NCBI RefSeq assembly: GCF_009914755.1
Contig: NC_060925.1
Length of the DNA: 64,000 bases
Source of the DNA: the human T2T-CHM13v2.0 reference genome, Homo sapiens
Direction: 5' to 3' (one strand)
Shown here: one piece after another, positions 13,976-30,329 of the stretch
Numbering within the stretch: position 1 is the first letter of the stretch
How the letters are laid out: every line of letters begins with the position of its first letter
Program-made: the position numbers and the translations under genes
The notes under the pieces: model-generated
The model's input: only the letters and a program-made list of their open reading frames with translations
Told to the model about the DNA's origin: nothing
The model's database searches: none

Positions 13976-14399
13976 TACCTTGCTCCAGAAACCAAAATAA
14001 GGTAAAAGAACAAAAGATAGAGAAGGGAAGGGTAATCTAAATAGCAGCAATAAAGAAAAGCAATGAATGTTAAGGAGACTATCAAGGTGAAGTTAGGTAC
14101 ATGTTGCCTTACAATAGAAAACACAGGGTCATGAAACAAAATGAGGTGACTCATGAAGCAAAGGCAGAAGAAATTAAGGACAAGTATTGAGACTTTTCAG
14201 GAAGGAAAGTGAGATCCCTGTCTCAGATTAGAAGAAAGACAGGAATTACTTTTACAATATAACATTGCAAATGAGAAGGGAAGATGGATGGTAGTCACAA
14301 AGCTGTTGATAATGATGCTATTAATAGAAGATTATTTTATATTATTACAAGTTCCCACCACTGTTACTTAGAGATGATAATAAATGGATATATCAAGTC

Positions 14400-14960
14400 T
14401 TGAGGAGAAAAATATATTTTTTCTCAAACCTCATAAATTCTTGGTTGGAATAAACCCCTTTAACAAAACACTTAACAAAATTAAAAACAACAGCTTTTTC
14501 ATATACACATGGGAAATACCCAGAAAATGAGTACTTGTCAAGGAGGTGGCTTTAAATTCCAGTTAATGTAGCATTTTCAACAAAGAACAGTAAATTTTTA
14601 GAGAATTGACAAGACACAGGACAAGGACTTTGAGTCTCTAGGGGTGGCAACTTGTAGGAAGACAAATAACTGGCAGATAAAGGCTAATGCATAAGTCAGT
14701 GACTGTCAATTCCTCTGGTGCCATCTCTGGACTGTTCAGGGCTAAAGTCTTCAGTGGTCAGCCTTTGCTGTCCCTGATAGAAAGACGATGAGGGAAGCAG
14801 GATACTTCTCCCTTTGTATTAATAAATCTATGTCCTGATTTTTAGGCAAATAGAGGAAGGGCAGAGCACTTCCTTGCACTTGCTTCTTCTTAATTGCCTT
14901 CAGCTCAACAATCCTTATGCTGAAGAAGCATATTTTTGGGGGGCATGTTCTGTTCTTCCA
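14400..14960 (-). mobile_element. ERV1-class LTR (MER34/MER39-like)
   Basis: Ends with aattgccttcagctcaacaatccttatgctgaagaagcatatttttggggggcatgttctg, typical of the reverse 5' end of MER34-group LTRs. Confidence 0.6.
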
Positions 14961-15284
14961 AGCATCCCAATCTCACAAACATGCCAATATGGGGTTGGGA
15001 TTATCAAGAATAGAACAGGACCACTTCTATCTCATAAATATTCTGTAGTTCCAGGAATTACATTTCTTGGGATGAGGAATATATTTTTTAATGTAAACAA
15101 TATATTAAGTAGTATTTAGGTTCCCTGATAAAATTCTAAAAATATATTTTTCTTAAAATGAAACTAAATATTAGTTTTAGTTTATTAGTTTAGCATGCCC
15201 TCATTAGACACTTACACAATTAGATATGGTGTCATGACATGACTTGGACTCTGACACCACTGGACCCTGAGTTACTGTCTATTG

Positions 15285-15317
<33 letters not shown>

Positions 15318-15655
15318 TACTCATATGGATCACTGGTGTTTGAGGACACACATTGAATTTGAAGAGGATGAGGAGATAGATGAAAATATCTTGGCAAATC
15401 TAAGTAGAGTTTAAGTTTGAAGCATTTTCAACTCAAGACTTCAGAGGTTGAAATCATTGATGTTTCATTTTTACCTAACTTGAGAAGTTATTAATTAAAA
15501 ATATTTATTAAACAATACATGTGTTTGTATTTACGCTAGATGTGAGTGATCTCAGGTTGACAATACAATACTGAGTCCCTGACTTTAAGGAATCTAAATC
15601 TAGTTATAACTTCTGTTTTCTCCATAGATATATTATGAATAGTTCTCTTTGGTTC

Positions 15656-15834
15656 TCCCTGATAGAAACAGGGTGGCAGGAGCAGGATACCTTCTCTCTT
15701 TGTAAATCCGTATCTTGATTTTTAGACAAATAGAGGGAAAGCAAAGCACTTTCTTGCACTTGATTCTTCTTAATTGCCTTCAGCTCAATGATACTTATGC
15801 TAAAGAAGCATATTTTTGGGGTCATATTCTGTTC
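15656..15834 (-). mobile_element. Second, partial copy of the same MER34-like LTR segment
   Basis: Direct repeat of 14771-14955 (tccctgatagaaa...ttcttcttaattgccttcagctcaa...gaagcatatttttgggg...ttctgttc). Confidence 0.7.
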
Positions 15835-15950
15835 ATAGTATACAAATATCTGAAGAGAGGACAAAGAAGAAACATAGTGAAAGGCAGAAAAACTTTTTTT
15901 AATGTGTGAAATAGGTGAAAATTGGGCTAGATGGGTAAAGAAGAAAGGGC

Positions 15951-16403
15951 TGATTCTGTTTCCTAGCACTGCCCTAATAAATTACCACAAATATAGCAGC
16001 TTAAAACAACAGAAATTAATTATCTCACAGTTCTGGGAATTAGAAGTCTGAAATCAAGGTGTGTGCAGTGCCTTATTCCCTCTAAAAGCTCTAGGAGAGA
16101 CTCCTTCTTTGCTTTTCCCATGTTCTGAGGGCTCTAGGTATTCCTTGGTTTGCGATTGTATTACTCCACTCTCTGCCTGCATCTTCCCATGGCTTTCTCC
16201 TATCTGTCTCTGTGTCTTCTCCTCTTATAAGAACAATTGTCATTAGATTTAGGGCTAGCCTAGATTGCCTAAGATGATCTCCTTTCAAGAGCCTTAACTT
16301 AATTGCATCTTCAAAGACTTTTTCCAGTTAAGATGACATTCACAGATTCTAGGGATAGAGGTATGGAAACATCTTTTAGGAGGGCCCCATTCAACCCACT
16401 ACA
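15951..16403 (-). mobile_element. MaLR solo LTR, MLT1C-like
   Basis: aattaccacaaa...gcttaaaacaacagaaatt...ctcacagttctgg...ccttaacttaattgcatct...attcaacccactaca. Confidence 0.85.
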
Positions 16404-17061
16404 GGAATTAAAATAGGAACACTTTGTATTTGAGAGGACAGTTGTCGTGGAGTGATAAGTTTAAGAAAGAAAAACATCAAGAGAAAAAGCAAAACAAGCA
16501 GAATAATTCTGGAAAATAAGAGAGCTGTGAGGGAAGGATGAGGCAAATTCTTTTCTGTAGCTTTTACTTAGTATTATAATTGGGCACGGATATTGGTTGA
16601 CCTTCAGAGGAAATAAGTAGAGGTTTTATGGGACATTAGTGCCATGTAATGACTATAGAAAATGTGAACCTATATCTAATAGGCTCTTCCTTTGTATTGG
16701 ACTGTATGTTTACAAATCAGAAGTTTACTCTTCATGCCTTGAGGTAAAACAAAGGTTTTCACAATTATCTTATTATCAACCAGAATCATCAATCATCTGC
16801 AGAGCTTAAAAATAAAAAGGGGAGGTTCCAAGATGGCCAAATAAGAACAGCTCCAGTATACAGCTCCCAGCGTGAGCGACGCAAAAGAAGGCTGATTTCT
16901 GCATTTCCAACTGAGGTACCAGGTTCGTCTCACTGGGGCTTGTCAGACAGTGGGTGCAGCCCACAGAGCAGGGTGGGGCAACGCCTCACCCAGGAAGTGC
17001 AAGGGGTCAGGGAATTCCCTCTCCTAGCCAGGGGAAACCGTGACAGACGGTACCTGGAAAA

Positions 17062-17244
17062 TCAGGACACACCCACCCTAATACCGTGCTTTTCCAACGG
17101 TCTTAGAAAATAGCACACCAGGAGATTATATCCTGCGCATGGCTCAGAGGGTCCCACACCCACAGAGCCTAGCTCACTGCTAGCACAGCAGTCAGAGAAT
17201 GAACTACAAGGTGGCAGAGAGGTTGGGGGAGGGGCATCCACCAT
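17062..17244 (-). pseudogene. L1 antisense ORF0, 60 codons, truncated by a premature TGA
   Basis: MVDAPPPTSLPPCSSFSDCCASSELGSVGVGPSEP...IRVGVS* aligns to L1HS ORF0 (MAGAPPPASLPPCSLISDCCASNQRDSVGVGPSEP...IRVGVTRFSR...). Confidence 0.85.
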
Positions 17245-17813
17245 CGCTGAGGCTTGAGTAGGTAAACAAAGCCACCAGGGGAGTCTAACTGGGTGGAGCC
17301 CACCACAGCTCAAGGAGGCCTGTCTGTCTCTGTAGACTCCACCTCTGGGGGCAGGGCATAGCTGAACAAAAGGCAGCAGAAACTTCTGCAGACTTAAACA
17401 TCCCTGTCTGATAGCTTTGAAGAGAGTAGTGATTCTCCCAGCATGGAGTTTGAGAGCTGAGAATGGACAGACTGCCTCCTCAAGTGGGTCCCTGACCCCC
17501 GAGTAGCCTAACTGGTAGACACCTCCCAGTAGGGGCCGACTGACACCTCATACAGCTGGGTGCCCCTCTGAGATGAAGCATTCAGAGGAAGGATCAGGTA
17601 GCAACATTTGCCATTCTGCAATATTTGCTGTTCTGTAGCCTCCACTCGTGATACCCAGGAAAGCAGGGTCTGGAGTGGACCTCCAGCAAACTCCAACAGA
17701 CCTGCAGCTGAGGGTCCTGACTGTTAGAAGGAAAACTAACAAACAGAAAGGACATCCACACCAAAACCCCATCTGTACATCATCAAAGACCAAAGGTAGA
17801 TAAAACCACAAAG

Positions 17814-18836
17814 ATGGGGAGAAACCAGGGCAGAAAAGCTGAAAATTCTAAGAATTAGAGCACCTTTTCTCCTCCAAAGGAACGCAGCTCCTCACCAGCA
17901 GGGGAACAAAGCTGGACTGAGAATAACTTTGACAAGTTGAGAGAAGAAGTCTTCAGACGATCAGTAATAACAAACTTCTCCGAGCTAAAGGAAGATGTTC
18001 AAACCCATTGCAAAAAAGCTAAAAAAACTTGAAAAAAGATTAGATGAATGGCTAACTAGAATAAACAGTGTAGAGAAAACCTTAAATGACCTGATGGAGC
18101 TGAAAAGCATGGCATGAAAACTACGTGATGCATGCACAAGCTTCAGTAGCCGATTCAATCAAGTGGAAGAAAGGGTATCAGTGATGGAAGATCAAATGAA
18201 TAAAATGAAGCGAGAAGAGAAGTTTAGAGAAAAAAGAGTAAAAATAAATGAACAAAGCCTCCAAGAAATATGGGACTATGTGAAAAGACCAAATATACAT
18301 CAGATTGGTGTACCTGAAAGTGACAGGGAGAATGGAACCAAGTTGGAAAACACTCTTCAGGATACTATCCAGGAGAACTTCCCCAATCTAGCAAGGCAGG
18401 CCAACATTCAAATTCAGGAAATACAGAGAATGCCACAAAGATACTCCTCGAGAAGAGCAACTCCAAGAAACATAATTGTCAGATTCACCAAAGTTGAAAT
18501 GAAGGAAAAAATGTCAAGGGCAGCCAGAAAGGTCGGGTTACCAACAAAGGGAAGCCCATCAGACTAACAGCAGATCTCTTGGCAGAAACTTTACAAGCCA
18601 GAAGAGAGTGGGGGCCAATATTCAACATTCTTAAAGAAAAGAATTTTCAACCCAGAATTTCATCTCCAGCCAAACTAAGCTTCAAAAGTGAAGGAGAAAT
18701 AAAATCCTTTACAGACAAGCAAATGCTGAGAGATTTTGTCACCACCAGGCCTGCCTTACAAGAGCTCCTGAAGGGAGCACTAAACATGGAAAGGAACAAC
18801 CAGTACCAGCCACTGCAAAAACATGCCATATTGTAA
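17814..18836 (+). pseudogene. L1 ORF1p (RNA-binding chaperone) remnant, disrupted
   Basis: ATG GGG AGA AAC at 17814 with an in-frame TAG at 17856-17858. Later fragments read SLQEIWDYVKRPN, IIVRF and ARREWGPIFNILKEKNFQPRIS. Confidence 0.95.
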
Positions 18837-18899
18837 ACACCATCGATGCTAGGAAGAAACTGCATGAACTAAAGAGCAAAATAACCAGCTAACATCATA

Positions 18900-22720
<3,821 letters not shown>

Positions 22721-24984
22721 ACAATGAGAACACTTGGACACAGGGTGAGGAATATCACACACTGAGGCCTGTCGTGGGGTGCCGGAAGGGGGAAGGGATA
22801 GTATTAGGAGATATACCTAATGTAAATGACGAGTTAATGGGTGCAGCACACTAACATGGCACATGTATACATATGTAATAAACCTGCACATTGTGCACAT
22901 GTACCCTAGAACTCTAAGTATAATAAATAAATAAGAATCCTGTGATACTTCCCCAACTCTCTTGGGTCAAGTTAATTTGGAAGCTACCGTCCAACTCTAC
23001 AGGTAGGAGAATCCAATAAATATTATAAAATGTAGCCAAAATTATCCTTTAGAGGTGTTTAGCCCTGCTTATTGCCTAAGAGTAAATGAAAATTTAGTTA
23101 CATTGCCACAACGGTATTTGAAGGTTCTGAGCCCCATATTTCATAGAAGTGAAAAATGTAAGTGCCTATAATAGTTATATACAGAGAAGCACTAACCCAA
23201 CCCAGTCAAGTGTTTTGAACAAAAGGCAGCTGTATGGTAGCTATATGGTATGCCTCAACTAAAACAACTCAGAGATTTTCAGGAAAATAAATATTTTTGT
23301 GGGGAGACCTTATATTATAAGGAAACTTGGAGTTTGTATCAGCTTTGAAGACATGCTACACTAAAGTCACAGGGAGAAAGGCATAAGCTAAAGAAACATG
23401 TATCCTTGCTGTGACCCTTTCTTTCCTCTAACATTGACATTAGACTCACCCAGAGTCGAAGCATGTGCAACTACCCAGCAGGGACCTGCCTCAGTTTCCA
23501 CTGCACTTGACTCAGCATTGCACAAAACCTACGTGTTTTTATTTTTTCCCTCATATAGTGGCCATCAGCTTTCAAATATGTACAATCTGTAGGCAAATAA
23601 TATGTGCTTGATTTTAATTAAAACAAATTAAATATTAGTTTTATAAAAATAAACATGTGTACCTAAGATGATATTAGCATTTGCCTCAATTTGTAATGTG
23701 GCATGTGAAGTACTTTCTTCTTTAGAATTTGACAAAGCACTCAGGGCTACATTGTGAAACTTCAAGGTAGTGCTAACCCTCTACAGGTACAGACCTCAGC
23801 GCGAGAGCTGTCTTCAAAAGCAAGATTTGGAAGAGGACACAGAATAGGTTGCTGAAAGTAGGTTGGAATGTAATTCTTAATAGTATCCTTCTGTGGCCTC
23901 TTTAAAAAGACTAGATCTGTCTCTCTAATTAATAAACATCGGTATATTTGGTTGCATTGGTAATGTGTGCATCCTCCAAAGGCTTCCACTCTGTATTATA
24001 AATCTTCTTGCTTCAAGTTATCACGGGAAGACTGAGGTGAACATATCTCTGTAACAACCTTACCACTTGCTTGTCTTATAGAGATTATACATCAATATCA
24101 ACTGACTCAAAGAAAAAATTTGAAAAAACGTTTGGCAGTCAACTTAACTACGTCTGCAATGAGGAAAACCTGAGGATCAGAGACAGGAAAAAGGATGGAA
24201 GTGACACTTATTAGGAGCACTATGTATGGAATGGGATTCCCTCCATTGAAATTCATATGAAAGACACTGAAACTGAACATCTTTGAACTCTAATTCTTCT
24301 AGGTTTAGTAGCCATGGAGTATCACATATAAAAGGAGGTAAGATGTTCTGTTGAGTTACTACTGCCTTAGCCAAACATTAAGACACATTGCATGGCATAC
24401 ATAGAGTTGTATGTGTGTATACATGCATGAATGTGGGTAATTATTTTATAAGAAGGTAATGAAAGTTTAAGTGAGAAAACAAACTACATGTAGAAAAGAG
24501 ATAAAAATATTTTAAAAAAGAAGCATAAGTGAAAAAAAAGAAAACTTGAATATTTGCCTATTTCTCTCTTCTTGCCACAAAAAATCGAACCTAAATTCCA
24601 GTGTCCAATGTCCTCCTGACAACTGAATCCTGGAAGAGGTGCTTTGAAAGACTTGGATGTTAATCTGAAACTAATTCAAGCCTTTTGAGTTCAAAAATTG
24701 GATTGGAAATCTTTTAAGAGCAGGCTTTCTCATGAGATTTCCATTACTTCTATTCTTACTGATAAGCCACAGGTATCAGAGAAACATCCATTTGTGTGCT
24801 ATCTTTGGATCCTTCACTACAAGAGAAGAGGTACAGAAAAAAAAGGATGGGGCTTGCTTTGATTCAGGTTTCAGAGGAAAGTTTCAATCAATTCGAATTT
24901 TGTCTGAAACCACTCTACTATAATAGCTTAAAGTCTTTATTAGATACTCCTATGATGTTACCTTCAGTGTAATATGCCAGCTTT

Positions 24985-25120
24985 AAGAGAGGGAGTTGAT
25001 CTGGTCTCATGGATAAGATCTAGTACTGGCTCTGTTCCTGACCTATGAAATAGACCTTGGATAAGTAATTCATTTACTTTGTTCCTCAGTTTCCTTACCT
25101 CCGTAGTGAAGCTAGTTACT
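24985..25120 (+). mobile_element. MIR SINE fragment
   Basis: ctggctctgttcctgacctatg...gaccttggataagtaattcatttactttgttcctcagtttccttacct matches the MIR core. Confidence 0.6.
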
Positions 25121-27075
25121 TAAAAAAGCATTCTCTGTAACATGATTTGAGTTACTTGGTCAAAGTTGACATTTATATATGTGATGTTGTTATTAATACT
25201 TAAAAGCATTTTCGTATACGCTGGCTTTGCACATTTCAAGTGGAGTAGCTTGTGAGGAGAGCTAGCTATATGATAAGGGAATATGCCTGGGCTGTATATG
25301 GGTGTTTGGTTCCACATGTCCTCTAGTACATTTGCATAAGCTAATTTTAATGAACACATATGGACTTTTTCCCATGAAAAGTTTAAGAAATGTATATTCT
25401 TCTTCTTCTTCTTTCCTCCCTCACCCTGAACATGGCTCTGTCACTGATAAGTAATTTTTTATCAGCAGGAGAGCTTTCTTCTACTGCTGGTGTGATATAT
25501 AAACCCTTGGGGCCAAATTGTGTCAAGCGTCTACCTTTTTCCCACTCCATGACTCAATGTCACACCTGCTCTGTGAAATTACAATGTCAAGGAAGCAGTG
25601 TTTTTCTTTTGTCCACTGACATAAAAACAGTCAGCAATACCGGAAATACTAGAGACTCACAGTAGCTTTTTGTTTTAACCTCATTGAGTCCTCTTAGAGA
25701 CTTCAATTAATAGGATTATATATACTTTCTGAGAATTATCAATATACTTTAAATATAAATTTATGCTGCCAAGTCAACCCTAGAGGGGAAAATGAAAAAC
25801 AATTGCAAAAATTTCTATTTCTGTAATAAGATGGAACATTTCCCCCAGTCGATTCCTGCATTATAGGTCATAAATAAAAATATCACTAAGGAAATGTCTT
25901 TCTCAGAATGATGTACTCCCTGTGGCATGGCATAATGAGCTTGGATATGCTACAGACACTGAATAAGCAACAAGCTAATTGAAGATTCAAGTTTATTAAA
26001 CTTGAATAGCATGATTTTAAGGACTTCTTTATATGGAAATAATGCACGGTTATAGTTTACTTCATTTATATTTTCTTTGTACAAACTAAAACTTAAAGTG
26101 CAGTCAGCTTTTATGTATGGTGTCTGCTTTATTTCAAAGACTGCTTTGCTCCTCTAACCTGATGTTCTGTAGACATAAATGAAAATAGAGTATATGATTT
26201 TAAGTTTTACTTAAGGTCAAAATCTAAGGCATTGACATTCTACTATGATGCTTAAGAGGTGATATGTTCTTTTGTAATAGTTATGGTATATTTGAGGCTA
26301 TGTGCTAGTGGTAAAGTGCTATGGTCATGTGCTAAGAGTAATGAATATATATAGAAAGTGAAAGAGGCATTGGATTTTCTTTACTATATTGTTTACCCTT
26401 TCTAAGAAGTAATATATTAAAATAAAAAGCGATGCCATCTATCCCTAATTGTTGTCATTGTTTTACTATTATTTATGTTGTTTTAATTAAAAACATCACA
26501 GACAACTTTATTCATTTCCAATGCAGAAATAAGCAGCCATGAGATGGGAAATGCTTGATCTGGTCATGTCAATCCTATTGATTACACATTAAGATCACAA
26601 TATGATCCCATGCATGTATCATGCCATTTCCAGTTACATATAAAGATGCTACTGTATTGTGCATACACACTCTCACACACACATACACACACTCACATTT
26701 GCTTTTAGAGCACATTATACTATGCCAGAAGATTAATGAGCACTATTGTAGAATGAATAAAAATCACTGATTAGAGAGAAACAAAAGTCCAAGCTTATTT
26801 ATTTATTCATTTTTTTAGCAAATATTTATTGAACACCTAATGTGCCCCTGGCATGTTCTAGGTACTACAAATAGGGCATTGAATAAAAAGCAGGCCCCAA
26901 ATTCTGTACTTGTGGAACTCATATTTCAGTGGAAGGAATTGACTACATAGTAGTACTTAAATAAAATCAGCTGGATGTTGTACAGTATGAGGCATATAGG
27001 ATAAGGGTAAGAATAAAGATAAATAGGAGGACTAAAATTTAGACAAGATGGTCAGTGTAGACTTCATTGAGAAGA

Positions 27076-27527
27076 TGTATTGGTTTTCTATTGATTTATA
27101 ATAAATGAGCACAAACTTAGTGGCTTAAAACAATACAAATGTATGAATATTGTTCTAGAGGGGAAAAGTCTAAAATCAATGTGTTGGCAAGGCTGTGTTC
27201 CATCTTAGGACAATTAGTTTGTCGTTTCCAGCTTCTAGAAGCTGCCTGCTTGGCTTATGATTTCTTCCTTAAGTCATTCTACCTTGTTGCTTTCGTTGCC
27301 TCATCTTCTACTACTCACTGTGACCCTTCTGGCTCCTTCTTATAAGAATACCTGTGAGTAGATTGGGCCTGCCTGGGTAATCCAGAATAAAATCCCATCT
27401 GGATCTTTAACTTAATCACATCCGCAAAAATTCTATTGCCAAATAAGGTAAAATGATCATAGGTTCTAGTGATTAGGATGTTGCCAACATATTTTGGGGG
27501 TGGGTGGTACTTATTCAATCTGCCACT
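27076..27527 (-). mobile_element. MaLR solo LTR, MLT1D-like, nested in L2
   Basis: tgtattggttttctattg...aaacttagtggcttaaaacaa...ccagcttctagaagctgcc...tttaacttaatcacatc...attcaatctgccact. Flanks gaaga/gaagg (4/5 TSD). Confidence 0.85.
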
Positions 27528-28379
27528 GAAGGTAAAATTTGGGTAAAGACCTGAGAGAACAAGGGGCCTAGCTATGCAATATATCCAGGGGAAGACCTTT
27601 CTAGGGAAAGGAAAAAATAAACACGAAGTTATTGATTAGGAGTATTCCTAATATGTTTCAGGGACAAGAAGAAAGCTGCAAGAGAGAGTAGTGAGGTCAC
27701 ATGGGTGACAATTTTTGTGGGAGTTACATAGAATATCTAGGATATGACAATAAATCACATAGAAAGAGCTTTGTCTTACATGCTGAATGACATAGGGACT
27801 TGTTGGATGGTTTTGAGGAAAAAGTGATGTTATCTGTCTAATGTTTAATGGGGATCACTCTGGATGAAAGGTTGAGAATAGTCTGAAAGAGGTCAGTAGT
27901 AGAAGCAGGAGATAAACAAGAAGGGTATTGCCATAATGCACATGAGAAATTATGATAGACTATATTAGATGATGGCAGTGGTTGTTCAGATAAGTTATCA
28001 TATTCTGGATAGATTTTGAAGGTAGAATTGGCCGAAAATGAGAAGCATCAAGGATGACGCCATGCTTTGAAACTAAGAAATGAAAGGAATAGAGCTTTCA
28101 TTAACCGAATTGGAGAAGGCTATGAGTACAGCCAGTTTTGAAAGGAAGATCCAGGGCATAGTTTGGGGTGCATTGAGTTTGGAATTCCTATTAGTCATAC
28201 AAATGGAAATCAGATTAGAGTTACAGTATGAAGACATAAATTCAGAAATCATCAGCATATAATGATTTAAATCCCAGAGATTGGATGAGGTCACCTAGGG
28301 ATTAGATGTAAAGAGAAAAGAGAACATTGCTAATGTTTCATATTTAGGGCCTTTAGGCACTCTAAATTTAGAGGTTGGG

Positions 28380-28552
28380 CAAGGCTGGCTTCCTGGACTT
28401 AATATCTGTATAGTCGCATTAGGCCTCACACACAGAAGGGCCTCAAGTTTGTTTTAAGTTTCTGTTCTTTGCCTTGAAATTCTTGATTTTTGACGAAGGA
28501 GCCCCACATCTTCATTTTGCACTGTGCTCCACAAATCATGTAGCTGATTCTG
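28380..28552 (+). mobile_element. MER45A (hAT-Tip100) DNA transposon
   Basis: caaggctggcttcc...cagaagggcc...ttgaaattcttga...gccccacatcttcattttgcactgtgctccacaaatcatgtagctgattctg. Confidence 0.8.
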
Positions 28553-30329
28553 GTTGAGGAGTAATAAAGGAACCAGGAAAAGAAACTAGGAAGTGGCCAG
28601 AGAAGTAAAATAAAAATCAGGGAAAAATGGAATCTTGGAAGCAAGATAAATAAAGAATTGTTGGGAACAGAGAGCGATACATCTTGTCAACAGCTGCTGA
28701 CAGGTCAAGTAAGGTAAAGACTGAAAAATGACTACTAGAGATAGCAATGGGCAAGTCTTTGATGTTTGAGAGGAACAATTTTATTATAGTGGTAGAAGGA
28801 AATTCTGATTGGAGTGAATTTATTTAAAATTTCCAAGAGAAATTGCCAAAGAACTTTGCTCTAGAGCAAATAAAGAATGAACTAGGTGAGAGAAAGAGAG
28901 AATAGAGGGGTAACAGCATGACTGTATATTAGTTACACTGATAAGAATAGAGGAGAAAGGCGATGAGGCAGGAGAGGAAGAGGGAATAGTTGCTGGAAGA
29001 ATGTTTTCCGTAGAAATGGTCTCAGAGCCGGTATACAGTAGAAGCACTGGCCTTAACTAGCAGCACAGAAGGATCAGTCATAGTAACATCCTAAAAGTTG
29101 CAGTATGTTGGTCCTGACATTGAAAGTGCCGTAAGACTTCTGACACTATCTGTCTGGATTCACCACAAGAGAAAAAAAATGTACTGTGAGAGTTAACAAA
29201 CACATCCACATTGTCCCTTTATTTATGAAGTAGGAAGGAAGATAGTCAGCTGAGAGTGAGGATAAAGAAAGACGTTAGAGATCTGAGGGGAGAAAGATAA
29301 GCATAAAATAGTTTTTTTAGGACAATAGAAGAGAGGAGCTGCAAGGAAAATATAGTGTGATTCGCAGGTAGTACTAAGGGTCTACATGTGTTAAATGATC
29401 ATCAATTTAAAGTTTGTCTACTGTGTGTTTTCTTCTTCCAACCTCAGCTGGCTGCATCAGTACAGACATAAAGAAATACAGTCAGATGTAATAAGAGTTG
29501 TTTTATCAAGGGAATGTATTAAAACAATAGATAAAGTAAAAAGAGGTGAGGTTAAAAGCAAGGTACAGTAATAATGATGTTTATGAAATGTGAGTTACAT
29601 AAGAAAAAAAAGAGGACATAAATGGATTGAGAAACAGTGAAAGTATGGTGGAATCAAGGGATTTAAGGTACACATGGGAGTGGAGCATTGTTGGAGTTGA
29701 AATAACAGAGGAAATAAACACAGAAGAGACTAGGAGACGGCATAGGGCAGGATGTTTGAAATTGTACTGTGGAAGGGTTGCCACTCTTGATAATAATAAG
29801 GTAACAGGATGACTGTGGGACTGAGGGGGCTGAAATTGTGTAGAGAGCAAGTTAATTGAAGGAGACAGGGATCTAAGGGGCTACTGATGAAGAAATAGTC
29901 TATGTAAATACTATGATCACCAAAACCAAAGAATAGTGTTGGAGAGAGTTATCAACCAGCCTGGTGTTAAAATATTTGGGAAGTGAGTCTTGTTATTACG
30001 TGGGAGATTGACAGATGGCTACAGCATAGAAGACAGTGGGTGATCTGGTCTATAATGAGATTGAAAACAGAGACTTTTCTTTTTTAATACATGAGGAAAA
30101 TGATCTGGAAGTGGAAACATGGAGTATGAAAGAAATATACCCTATCTCCAGAAAACATGTTCTAAGAGATTTGAACGAGAAAACAGCTACCATTTAAGAG
30201 GGATCTACAGACAATTGTATCATTAGAGAAGAACAAAACATCAGTTAGGGAACAAAGGTGAAGAGAATATTCACAGAAAAGTTTGAGATTAATGATGATT
30301 TTAGTAATGATGAAGCCACTTAAAATATC

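Larger units (their letters stand above)
26795..30310 (-). mobile_element. Long L2 LINE remnant interrupted by MLT1D and MER45A
   Basis: Starts with the reverse L2 3' end (tattcattttttagcaaatatttattgaacacctaatgtgcc). Purine-rich L2 text resumes after each nested insertion. Distal boundary approximate. Confidence 0.7.
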
